Below are positions 56,236 to 64,000 of a stretch of 64,000 nucleotides of DNA, piece after piece (within the stretch, counting starts at the first letter, position 1; every line of letters begins with the position of its first letter). Origin of the DNA: an uncultured Actinomycetota bacterium (GTDB lineage: Bacteria; Actinomycetota; Actinomycetes; JAHEKZ01). The position numbers and the translations under genes were made by a program. The stretch covers positions 384,001 through 448,000 of the forward strand of contig CAVURN010000003.1 in NCBI GenBank assembly GCA_963743915.1. Direction: 5' to 3'. The notes beneath the pieces were generated by a model. That model was not told the origin of the DNA and did no database searches. It saw only the letters and a list, made by a program, of their open reading frames with translations.

Positions 56236-56293
56236 CGAAGCCAGCAGACCGGACGCGTTGCGCCCTAGGCTCGGGGAACGGAGGGGAGGTGCC

Positions 56294-57829
56294 ATGCCCG
56301 ACGAGTCCCCGGACGCACCGAGGTTCCACCAGATCCAGCAGCGGCTGATCGACATGTGGCCGGACATGACCCTGCGGACGAGCGACGGTCCTCCCCGCAC
56401 CGTGATCGTCCTCAGCTCGCTGAGCGTCGACCTGCCCGATCACATGGCACCCCTGGCGACGGCCTACGAGGAGCGCTACCTCTGCTACGTCCTGCTGCTG
56501 GCGAAGGCGAAGAACACGCGCGTCGTCTACGTCACGTCGCAGCCGATGCTGCCGAGACTGGTCGACTACTACCTCACGCTGATCCCCGGGCTGGATCCCC
56601 ACGAGCTGCGTGAGCGGCTGACTGTCGTCTCGCTGAGCGACAGCTCGTTCCGCCCGCTGACGCAGAAGATTCTCGAGCGACCTCGCGTCATCGAGCGGCT
56701 GCGACGGATGCTCGAGGGTTCGGAGCACACGCTGATCATCCCGTTCATGTCGACCGAGCTGGAGGCTCAGCTCGGCCTGGCGCTGCGAACACCGGTCTAC
56801 GGCCCGGATCCATCCTTGTCGTTCCTCGGCAGCAAGTCCGGCAGCCGTCAGGTCTTCGCTCGCGCGGGACACCCCGGGCCGCGGGGCGTCGAGGGTGTTC
56901 GGGACCTGGGTGACGTACTCGGCGCGGTGCAGCAGATCCAGGCCGAGTCAGCCGTCGGTGACGTGATGGTCAAGCTGGACGAAGGCGTGAGCGGTCTGGG
57001 GAACGCCGTCGTCCGGCTGCCGCCGCACGCCAGTCGGAGCCAGGTCGAGCAGGCGGTCCGTTCGCTGGAGGCCGAGGACACGACGGTCGAACCCGATGCC
57101 TTCCTCGAGGCGCTGGAACGCACCGGCGGGATCGTCGAAGAGCTCGTCAAGGGCGATGACTTCTGCAGTCCGAGCATCCAGCTGCGCGCGAGTCCGCTGG
57201 GCGAGGTCGAGGTGCTCTCGACGCACGACCAAGTGCTCGGCGGCACCCACCAGCAGACGTACCTCGGGTGCAAGTTCCCCGCGCACGACGACTACGCGCG
57301 ACTGCTCGTTGAGCCGGGTCTCGCGATCGGCAAGGAGCTGGCGAGCCGCGGGGTCATCGGTCGCTTCGGGATCGACTTCGTCGCGATCCGGCACGCCGAA
57401 GACGGTTGGCAGCTGCGCCCGGTCGAGGTCAACCTCCGTAACGGTGGCACGACGCATCCGATGCTCACGTTGCAGGCGTTGACCGACACCAGCTATGACG
57501 CCAGTACTGCCGAGCTCGTCTCACGCGGGCGCGCCAAGACGTACTTGGCTACCGACCACATGCACCACGACGCATTCGCCACGCTGACACCGGACGACCT
57601 GTTGGACGTCATCGAGGAGACCGAGCTGGGGTGGGACGAGGAGACGCAGACCGGCATTGCGTTCCACATGGCCAGCGCGATCGCGGTCGCAGGAGACATC
57701 GGAGTCACCGCCATCGGCGATTCCCCCAAGCAGGCACAGTGGCTGTACGACGCTGCCAAGCACGCGCTGGTCGGGGCCGTCAGTGAGGTCCGGGACGCGG
57801 ACACGACGCCTGAGCGCGCCAGCGGTTGA
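56294..57829 (+). CDS. PGM1-related ATP-grasp peptide ligase
   Basis: YEERYL, GSKSGSRQVF, KLDEGVSGLGNA, STHDQVLGG, EVNLRNGGTTHP; RBS GGAGG. Confidence 0.85.
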   Translation: MPDESPDAPRFHQIQQRLIDMWPDMTLRTSDGPPRTVIVLSSLSVDLPDHMAPLATAYEERYLCYVLLLAKAKNTRVVYVTSQPMLPRLVDYYLTLIPGLDPHELRERLTVVSLSDSSFRPLTQKILERPRVIERLRRMLEGSEHTLIIPFMSTELEAQLGLALRTPVYGPDPSLSFLGSKSGSRQVFARAGHPGPRGVEGVRDLGDVLGAVQQIQAESAVGDVMVKLDEGVSGLGNAVVRLPPHASRSQVEQAVRSLEAEDTTVEPDAFLEALERTGGIVEELVKGDDFCSPSIQLRASPLGEVEVLSTHDQVLGGTHQQTYLGCKFPAHDDYARLLVEPGLAIGKELASRGVIGRFGIDFVAIRHAEDGWQLRPVEVNLRNGGTTHPMLTLQALTDTSYDASTAELVSRGRAKTYLATDHMHHDAFATLTPDDLLDVIEETELGWDEETQTGIAFHMASAIAVAGDIGVTAIGDSPKQAQWLYDAAKHALVGAVSEVRDADTTPERASG

Positions 57830-57853
57830 CCGAGGCGGTTCGAGGAGCGAACG

Positions 57854-58234
57854 ATGCCCGATCCCAACATGCCGGATGAGTTCGACGTCTACACGCTCGT
57901 CATGCTGCGGCGTCCGCAGGAGGCGCCGGCGCTGTCGGACGAGGTGCTCGATCAGCTTCAGGAGCGCCACCTGGCCTACCGGGCAGAGCTCCGCAGGAGC
58001 GGCGCCATCGTCGTCAACGGCCCCTTCGACGAGCAGAGCGACCCGTCCTTCAGGGGCATGGCCATCTTCTCGTGCAGCCCAGCTGAGGCAGCCCGGCTGA
58101 CCGAGGGCGACCCTTCTGTCGCCGCTGGACGACTCACCTACGAGGTGATGCATTGGTGGGTGGGAGCAGGATCGCTGGCCTTCCCGCTCGCCCAGGACCC
58201 GGTGGGTCTCCGCCGCAGGATGCCGGAAGGCTGA
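57854..58234 (+). CDS. YciI-family protein
   Basis: HLAY, NGPF, DPSV.AG; RBS GAGGAG. Confidence 0.82.
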   Translation: MPDPNMPDEFDVYTLVMLRRPQEAPALSDEVLDQLQERHLAYRAELRRSGAIVVNGPFDEQSDPSFRGMAIFSCSPAEAARLTEGDPSVAAGRLTYEVMHWWVGAGSLAFPLAQDPVGLRRRMPEG

Positions 58235-58249
58235 GACTAGCCTGGTCGC

Positions 58250-58483
58250 GTGGCGAAGAAGCGGTGGAGCGATCTCAGCAACCGGCAACGCGCCGTTCTC
58301 GTGGTCGGCGGTGCCGTCGAGGTGGTACTGACGACTGCGGCGCTCGTCGACCTTGCTCGCCGTCCGAGCGACCAGGTCAAGGGATCCAAGGCGTGGTGGA
58401 CTCTGGCGTGCTTCGTCCAGCCGGTGGGTCCCGTCGCCTACCTGGCGATGGGACGCGCACAGGTGCGTCCGAGCAGCAACTGA
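58250..58483 (+). CDS. Small membrane protein (PLDc_N-like)
   Basis: KKRWSDLS, ALVDL.RR...V.GSK..W, GPVAYL. Confidence 0.8.
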   Translation: MAKKRWSDLSNRQRAVLVVGGAVEVVLTTAALVDLARRPSDQVKGSKAWWTLACFVQPVGPVAYLAMGRAQVRPSSN

Positions 58484-58516
58484 CCGCAGCTGGGTTAACG
58501 GGGGTGGCAGACCGAC

Positions 58517-59020
58517 TCACTCGGGAATCGGTGGGCCCACCACCTCGAGTCCGTACCGAGGGCCCACCTGGTTCCAGCGAGGGATCTCCTCCTCGAGTGG
58601 TGGCCCGTCGGCGCCGGGCAGTCGCAGGTCTTGCGCCGGCGCTCCGACCTCCTCATAGAGGTGGAACAGTCCGCCCGGGTTCGCGAGCCCCAAGAAGCGC
58701 GCCGGCTTGTCGCCGCGGATGCGAAAGGCGTGCGGCACGCCGGACGGTAGGTAGATGAAGCACCCGGGATACAGCTCGTAGTCCTCGCCCCCGGCCCGGT
58801 ACTGCATGCGACCGTCCAACAGGAAGAACGCTTCAGCCTCGCGGGTGTGGCGGTGCATCGGGGTGGCGATACCGGGAGGTTGCGTCACCAGAGCCACGCC
58901 GAGCTGACCCGACTCGGGAGGCGCGTCGAGCAGGTGCTCGAACAGGGAGCCCATCGCCCAGGTGCCTCGACTGGTGCCGGGCTCCTTCATGACGACGGTT
59001 TCTTGGGAGAGGGTCGACAT
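58517..59020 (-). CDS. Cupin domain protein (quercetinase-like)
   Basis: PMHRHTREAEAF, P.GVPHAF, YGLEVVGPP; RBS GGAGG. Confidence 0.88.
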   Translation of the reverse strand: MSTLSQETVVMKEPGTSRGTWAMGSLFEHLLDAPPESGQLGVALVTQPPGIATPMHRHTREAEAFFLLDGRMQYRAGGEDYELYPGCFIYLPSGVPHAFRIRGDKPARFLGLANPGGLFHLYEEVGAPAQDLRLPGADGPPLEEEIPRWNQVGPRYGLEVVGPPIPE

Positions 59021-59039
59021 GGTCACCTCCGGTACCCGT

Positions 59040-59068
59040 AATTGATCCGAAATAACTTCGGATCAATT
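59040..59068. promoter_or_regulatory. TetR operator: perfect inverted repeat AATTGATCCGAA-N5-TTCGGATCAATT
   Basis: 12-bp arms, AT-rich, between divergent cupin and TetR genes. Confidence 0.85.
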
Positions 59069-59083
59069 GGTACGGTAGGTCGC

Positions 59084-59758
59084 ATGACTCGAGGCGTCAA
59101 GAGCCGCTCGTACGACTCACCGGTCCGGCGCGCGGCGGCGGTCCGGACCCGGGCGGCGGTCATCGACGCCGCAGGCCGCCTCTTCAGCGAGCGCGGCTAC
59201 GCCGAGACCTCTGTGGCAGACATCGCGGCGGCGGCTGGTGTCTCCGTCGACACCTTGTACGCCGCTGTGGGCCGCAAACCCCAGCTGCTGCTCGCCGTGC
59301 ACGACTCGATCCTCAGCGAGGGGGAAGGTCCGCTCGACGCCGAGCAACGGCACTATGTCCAGGACATCAGGAGGGCCCCGACGGCTTCCGAGAAGATCGA
59401 CGTCTACGTCGACGCCCTCACCCGCCTGCTTCCGCGGACGGCACCCCTTCTCGAGGCGCTCAGGGTGGCGGGGCGTGACGACCCCGCGTGTCGAGAGATG
59501 TACGAACAGGTCAACGACAGGCGAGCGCACAACATGGGTCTCCTCGTCCGGGAGCTGCGTGCCACCGGCCAGATGCGGGACGGGATCGACGACGAGCGCG
59601 CAGCCCTCTTGGTGTGGTCGATGAATTCCTCCACGTACTACGAGCTGCTTCGCGCACGCGGGGTCACTGCCGAGGAGTACGGCGCACTGATCCGTGACGT
59701 ATGGGGGCGAACGCTGCTCGACGAGCGCGCCCAGGCGGCGTCCGAACCCGTGGGATGA
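59084..59758 (+). CDS. TetR/AcrR-family transcriptional regulator
   Basis: RSYDSPVR, LFSERGYAETSVADIAAAAGVSVDTLY; leaderless after TACGGT. Confidence 0.92.
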   Translation: MTRGVKSRSYDSPVRRAAAVRTRAAVIDAAGRLFSERGYAETSVADIAAAAGVSVDTLYAAVGRKPQLLLAVHDSILSEGEGPLDAEQRHYVQDIRRAPTASEKIDVYVDALTRLLPRTAPLLEALRVAGRDDPACREMYEQVNDRRAHNMGLLVRELRATGQMRDGIDDERAALLVWSMNSSTYYELLRARGVTAEEYGALIRDVWGRTLLDERAQAASEPVG

Positions 59759-59796
59759 TGTCGCGAGACAACCGCCGGTTGGGAGCGTGACAACTG

Positions 59797-60012
59797 ATGG
59801 TGCCTGCGCTGGTGTTCTTCGGCATCGCGACCCTTGTTGGGTGCGTGATTCTGGCGATCGTGTGGCTGCGCCTTCGAGCAGCCGCGCGACAACCGGACGT
59901 GTCTGACGCGGACCTCTGTGAGCTCAAGCAGGCGAACAGGATCAGTTCGATGGCGGTCTTGGCGTCTGTCATCGGTCTTGCGGTCATGGGCCTGGCGTAC
60001 GTCCTCTTGTGA
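59797..60012 (+). CDS. Small two-TM hypothetical protein
   Basis: Two hydrophobic helices, GGGAG upstream. Confidence 0.5.
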   Translation: MVPALVFFGIATLVGCVILAIVWLRLRAAARQPDVSDADLCELKQANRISSMAVLASVIGLAVMGLAYVLL

Positions 60013-60115
60013 ATCAGCACGTGGTAGTCGCCGCAGTCCGCCGTCTCCGAGGGGGCGCCAACGACATCGCAGGCGGCGACGAGGTACCGGTCGCGTGACA
60101 CCTAGACTCTCGGCT

Positions 60116-62296
60116 GTGTGGCGATCCCTGGGTACACCGTCGCGTGCCATCCGGGCCACGCTGGTGTTGCTGGCGGTAGCAGGCGCAGTAGCAGGGGCCG
60201 CCCAACCATCCCACGCAGCGTCCGACGCCCCGGTGGTCGTTGTCGGAATCCCTGGGTTGAGCTGGGGTGACATCGATCCCGAAGCGACCCCCAACCTCTA
60301 CGCACTGACTGCCGACGCAGGCGGCGCACAGCTTTCTGTGCGATCGGTCTTTCGTGTCACATGTGCCGTTGACGGTTGGTTGACGGTTGGTGCAGGGCGA
60401 CGCGCGGCCGCGCAACGAGTCCAAGGAACGGACGAAACGGAGAACGTACCTGCCCTGAATGACTTCTGCCCGCCTGACCCGGAAGTCGAGCTACAACGGG
60501 AAGGCGCCCAAGTCGAGAGCTGGGAATCTCTGGTTGCCTACAACGGCGAGCTCTCGTTCAACGCGCGTCTGGGTCAGCTTGGTGAGGCAGCAAAGCTGAA
60601 CGGCACCTGCACCGCCGCTTATGGCGCGCGTGCTGCACTCGCCGTTGCAGACGAGTCGGGGCATGTGGAGAACTACTATCCTGCTGCCACCGCGGCCACC
60701 TCCGGCAGACTCGCGTCCTGCGAACTGTCAGTTGTGGAAGTAGCGTCGATTGATCTGCGTCCGGGTAACGAAGTCGATCGCCATGCGCAAGTGGCAGCAG
60801 CGGATGCCGCGCTGGGCGAGCTGTTGGCCAAGGTCCCAGAGTCGGCGACGGTGTTGCTGCTCGGCCTGGCAGACTCCGCGCCCTCGGCAAGACTGCAGGC
60901 AGCATCGTTGTCCGACGGGGATTCGTCGCTTGGCTACCTCACGAGCACGTCCACGAGGCTCACGGGTTTGATTCTGCTGACGGACATCACTCCCACCCTT
61001 TACCAGCTCCTGGAGCTACCGCCGGCAACCGACTTCGTCGGTGCCCCGGTCCAGAGCACACCCGCACAGGGAACAGTCGAGGAGCGCAACGCGGACCTCG
61101 TCAACCTGGATCGAAAGGTCGACGCCTACGGCGACGTCGCTCCGGCCTTCTTCACGGCTCTGGTCACCCTGCAGCTGATCCTGTACTCCTTCGCCGCCTG
61201 GGTCCTGCGCGGTCAGCCGCGCACCTCGGCGCGTCGAAGGCATCTCCTTCGTGTCACGGGGTTCCTGGCGCTGACCTTCGCCGCGATGCCCATCGCCACA
61301 TTCCTGGCCAACTACTTCCCGTGGTGGACGTGGTCCCGGCCTCGCATGGGCCTCGTCCTGGCGTGCATCGCCGTGGCCCTGTTGACCGCGGGTGTCTCGC
61401 TTCTGGGTCGCAAAATCCCGGGGATCCTCGGGGAAGTGTCGATCGTTGCGTCGGTCACCGCACTGGTCCTGGCCATCGACGTTGTGGGCGAGGACTACCT
61501 GCAGACCGCGAGCTTGATGGGCTATTCGCCGGTGATAGCGGGGCGGCTCTACGGTTTCGGAAACGTTGCCTTCGCCTTGTTCGTGACCGCTGGAATCTTC
61601 GCTGCCGCCTTCCTCTCCGATGGGCTGGTGCGTTCAGGTCGCCGGCGGTGGGCGGCTGCCTTGGTGATAGCCATAGGGCTGGCCTGTCTGCTGGTCGATG
61701 GATTGCCCGCGCTCGGTAGTGACTTCGGTGGCGTGCTCGCTTTGGCGCCCGCGTTCGGTGTCCTGACGCTGGGAGTGCTCGACCTCAGAGTCTCGTGGCC
61801 TCGGATGCTCGCGCTCTTGGGCATGGGCCTGGCCATTGTCACCACGCTGGCCGTGCTCGACTGGTTGCGCCCGGCCGACGAACAGTCGCACTTTGGTCGC
61901 TTCGTTCAACAGGTGCTCGACGGTGAGCTGTTGGACGTGTTGCTTCGAAAGCTGGGCAACAACATCAATATTCTCGGCAGCAGCTTTCTCGGAGTGCTGG
62001 TGCCGTCAGCGATGGTCTTTGGACTGGTCGTGCTCATGAGGGCCGGCACCGGCCGCGTGGCAGTGCTCCGCGAGGCGTTTGAGCGCGCTCCCACCTTGCG
62101 ACCGGCCCTCACAGCGTGGCTCGTGGCCATGGCGATCGGGTTCGCGGTCAACGACTCTGGGGTGGCGATTCCTGCGGTCGGCATCGTCTTTGCCATACCG
62201 GCGTTGATTGTAATATCGACCAGGGTTCTGGAGTTCCAGCAACCGCTTCATCAGGAGCCAAGTGATGTCCAGAGCGCAGGAGCTCCGAGAGGGTGA
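60116..62296 (+). CDS. Large membrane protein: signal peptide, alkaline-phosphatase-like extracellular domain, multi-TM C-terminus
   Basis: VVVVGIPGLSW.D....TPNL, C..DGWLTVGAG, LTDITPT, GRLYGFGN, GSDFGG, NDSG; start inferred from TAGACT-7nt-GTG. Confidence 0.8.
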   Translation: MWRSLGTPSRAIRATLVLLAVAGAVAGAAQPSHAASDAPVVVVGIPGLSWGDIDPEATPNLYALTADAGGAQLSVRSVFRVTCAVDGWLTVGAGRRAAAQRVQGTDETENVPALNDFCPPDPEVELQREGAQVESWESLVAYNGELSFNARLGQLGEAAKLNGTCTAAYGARAALAVADESGHVENYYPAATAATSGRLASCELSVVEVASIDLRPGNEVDRHAQVAAADAALGELLAKVPESATVLLLGLADSAPSARLQAASLSDGDSSLGYLTSTSTRLTGLILLTDITPTLYQLLELPPATDFVGAPVQSTPAQGTVEERNADLVNLDRKVDAYGDVAPAFFTALVTLQLILYSFAAWVLRGQPRTSARRRHLLRVTGFLALTFAAMPIATFLANYFPWWTWSRPRMGLVLACIAVALLTAGVSLLGRKIPGILGEVSIVASVTALVLAIDVVGEDYLQTASLMGYSPVIAGRLYGFGNVAFALFVTAGIFAAAFLSDGLVRSGRRRWAAALVIAIGLACLLVDGLPALGSDFGGVLALAPAFGVLTLGVLDLRVSWPRMLALLGMGLAIVTTLAVLDWLRPADEQSHFGRFVQQVLDGELLDVLLRKLGNNINILGSSFLGVLVPSAMVFGLVVLMRAGTGRVAVLREAFERAPTLRPALTAWLVAMAIGFAVNDSGVAIPAVGIVFAIPALIVISTRVLEFQQPLHQEPSDVQSAGAPRG

Positions 62297-62669
62297 GACT
62301 GCACCTTCGTCGTTCTTGCTCATCTATGACGCCGACTGTGCCTTTTGCACGACGTCGGCGAAGTGGCTCGAGCGACACATGAAGCGCGACGCAGCCACGA
62401 TCGCAGCTTGGCAATCGCTCGACCTTCGAACGTTCGACCTGTCGGTGGACGATGTCACCACCGCAGCATGGTGGCTCGACGGCGAGGGGAACAGGTACCG
62501 CGCCCATGCGGCCATTGCGCGGGCGATGCGTTCCTGCGGACCTGTCATCTCGGCCGCGGGGTTCGTCATCGAGAAACCCCCGGTTTGCTGGCTGGCCGCT
62601 CCTGTCTATCGATGGATTGCCCGAAACCGTCAGCACATGCCGGGTGGCACGGACTCATGCGCCCTGTAG
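62265..62669 (+). CDS. DCC1-like thiol-disulfide oxidoreductase (DUF393)
   Basis: YDADCAFC (DxxCxxC), YRWIARNR, PGGTDSC. Confidence 0.9.
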   Translation: MSRAQELREGETAPSSFLLIYDADCAFCTTSAKWLERHMKRDAATIAAWQSLDLRTFDLSVDDVTTAAWWLDGEGNRYRAHAAIARAMRSCGPVISAAGFVIEKPPVCWLAAPVYRWIARNRQHMPGGTDSCAL

Positions 62670-63103
62670 ACGCTGAGTCCACCGACAACCGGTGGCTCGG
62701 GCGTGGCGTGGCCACGGTTCTGCTGGGACTGATGATCGTCTGCTTCGCCGCGGACGACGAGTGGTGGCCCCTGTCGGGGTTCTCCTTGTTCAGCCAGGTG
62801 CGCGGAGCGGAGCAGACGTCGTGGAGCCTGTACGCCATCAGTGGCGGTAGGGCAGAACAGGTGCCACTGGCCTCGTTGCCAGCGTCGCATTGGGGCAGTC
62901 ATCACGTCCTCCCCACTCTGACGGATGCCAGCATCGACGAGCAGCGGGGCGCGGTGCGCGCATGGCTTGTGGCCGCTGGCTACGATCCGGACGAGATCGA
63001 GATGGTGCGAGTGGTTCGCATCGTTTCTCGCGTTCCCAGCGAGTTGAACGAGCCGGCCCGTGAGGTGTCGCAGGTCGTCACGCTCGAAGTCGACCCGCGG
63101 TGA
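62657..63103 (+). CDS. Membrane-anchored hypothetical protein (HTTM-associated)
   Basis: N-terminal TM, EWWPLSGFSLFS motif; overlaps both neighbours. Confidence 0.7.
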   Translation: MRPVDAESTDNRWLGRGVATVLLGLMIVCFAADDEWWPLSGFSLFSQVRGAEQTSWSLYAISGGRAEQVPLASLPASHWGSHHVLPTLTDASIDEQRGAVRAWLVAAGYDPDEIEMVRVVRIVSRVPSELNEPAREVSQVVTLEVDPR

Positions 63104-63999
63104 GCCAACGTGTCGCCGGTCTTGGGCGCCTGGCGTGGTTCGACAGGGCGCTCTTCGCACCGGGTTCCGCCCATCGTGTCGCTTGTGTGCGCATCGCACT
63201 GGTCCTCATCATCGGGCTCCGCCTGATCACGCATCAGTGGTGGTCCATGAGCGGCCGCCCCGCCGAGCTGTTTCGTCCCGTGCCTGTGGTGGCATGGCTG
63301 GACACCGTGCCGTCGGCGTGGGTCCTCACGCTGATCGAAGTCGTCGGTCTGTCGGCGGTCGTGCTCTGCGTGCTGGGCAGGTGGACGCGCCCCAGCTTCG
63401 GCACCGCATGGGCTTGTCTGCTCCTTCTCGGCGCCTTCCACAGCAGCGCCGGCAAGATCATGCACAACGAGGTGCTGCTGTTGCTGGCCAGCGTTCCAGT
63501 GCTGTTCGCCCCTCGGTGGGCGCGCGCGTGGGACCGGCGCGAGAGCATTGCCGCTGGCTGGCCCCCGCGACTCGCCATCATCGTCATGGCCGCCGTGTAC
63601 TTCATGGCAGGTCTGCGGAAGGTGATGGTGAGCGGACCGGACTGGGTCTTGAGTGACAACCTCTCATGGGTCCTGTACGCCGGCGCCCAGTCGGACAACT
63701 CGCTCGCCCCTGCCTTGGCGGTCGCCATCGCCGGTACGTGGCTGCCACCGGTAGTCGCGGGCGCCACGCTCGTGCTCGAGCTGGGAGCGCCACTGTTGTT
63801 GTGGGGCCGACGAACCCGCTATCTCTTCGCCGCCGGCATCGTCGGTATGCACGCGGGGATTGGGCTGCTTCTGGGCCTGGACTACTCGGCATGGGCCCTG
63901 ACGGTGATTGCGCTCGTGTTTCCCTGGGATCGGCTGCGTCAGGTGACGTCGGAGGAGCGTGCGACCACGCGGCTTCTGCCCGTGCGCTGGGCCAGGTAG
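63100..63999 (+). CDS. HTTM-like multi-pass membrane protein
   Basis: GKIMHN, YFMAGLRK, LELGAPLL, MHAGIGLLLGL. Confidence 0.78.
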   Translation: MSQRVAGLGRLAWFDRALFAPGSAHRVACVRIALVLIIGLRLITHQWWSMSGRPAELFRPVPVVAWLDTVPSAWVLTLIEVVGLSAVVLCVLGRWTRPSFGTAWACLLLLGAFHSSAGKIMHNEVLLLLASVPVLFAPRWARAWDRRESIAAGWPPRLAIIVMAAVYFMAGLRKVMVSGPDWVLSDNLSWVLYAGAQSDNSLAPALAVAIAGTWLPPVVAGATLVLELGAPLLLWGRRTRYLFAAGIVGMHAGIGLLLGLDYSAWALTVIALVFPWDRLRQVTSEERATTRLLPVRWAR

Positions 64000-64000
64000 A

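Noticed and set aside
46118-57829. Secondary-metabolite biosynthetic cluster (SARP, MmpL, acyl-CoA dehydrogenase, PGM1-like ligase)
   Set aside because: No PKS, NRPS or RiPP core genes; the dehydrogenase has its own distinct operator, and SARP repeats were seen only at MmpL and hemerythrin

Overview
High-GC (roughly 70% by eye) actinobacterial chromosomal segment with about 57 protein-coding genes. I found no rRNA, tRNA, CRISPR array, integrase or classical transposase. Content in order: glycerol kinase plus two flavoproteins, a PRTase/hydrolase fusion, TipA, a UbiA prenyltransferase, a secreted subtilase, an aminotransferase-SDR-Lrp operon, a DUF222-HNH gene, cydABDC next to a DosS/DosR-like two-component pair, a repeat-rich membrane-anchored protein, a 2-oxoacid dehydrogenase E1a/E1b/E2 operon, an ECF sigma/anti-sigma/ABC module, a Trx-NHL protein, MmpL/SARP-AAA/hemerythrin, an acyl-CoA dehydrogenase, GH114, a PGM1-like ATP-grasp ligase, cupin/TetR, and a compositionally atypical operon with DCC1 and HTTM genes at the right end. 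About a dozen genes are broken by 1-nt indels, most likely long-read assembly errors, so they are called as CDS. The most interesting signals are non-coding: (i) matching 11-bp-period SARP-type triple repeats upstream of both MmpL and the hemerythrin gene flanking the SARP regulator; (ii) DosR-type boxes at cydA and at the distant PRTase fusion; (iii) an exact PafBC-type DNA-damage promoter and structured leader on DUF222-HNH; (iv) a 75-bp hairpin repeat bracketing the ECF-ABC module; (v) a second dispersed repeat of about 47 bp; (vi) pervasive leaderless promoters. All protein-family calls come from recognising motifs; no database search was run.
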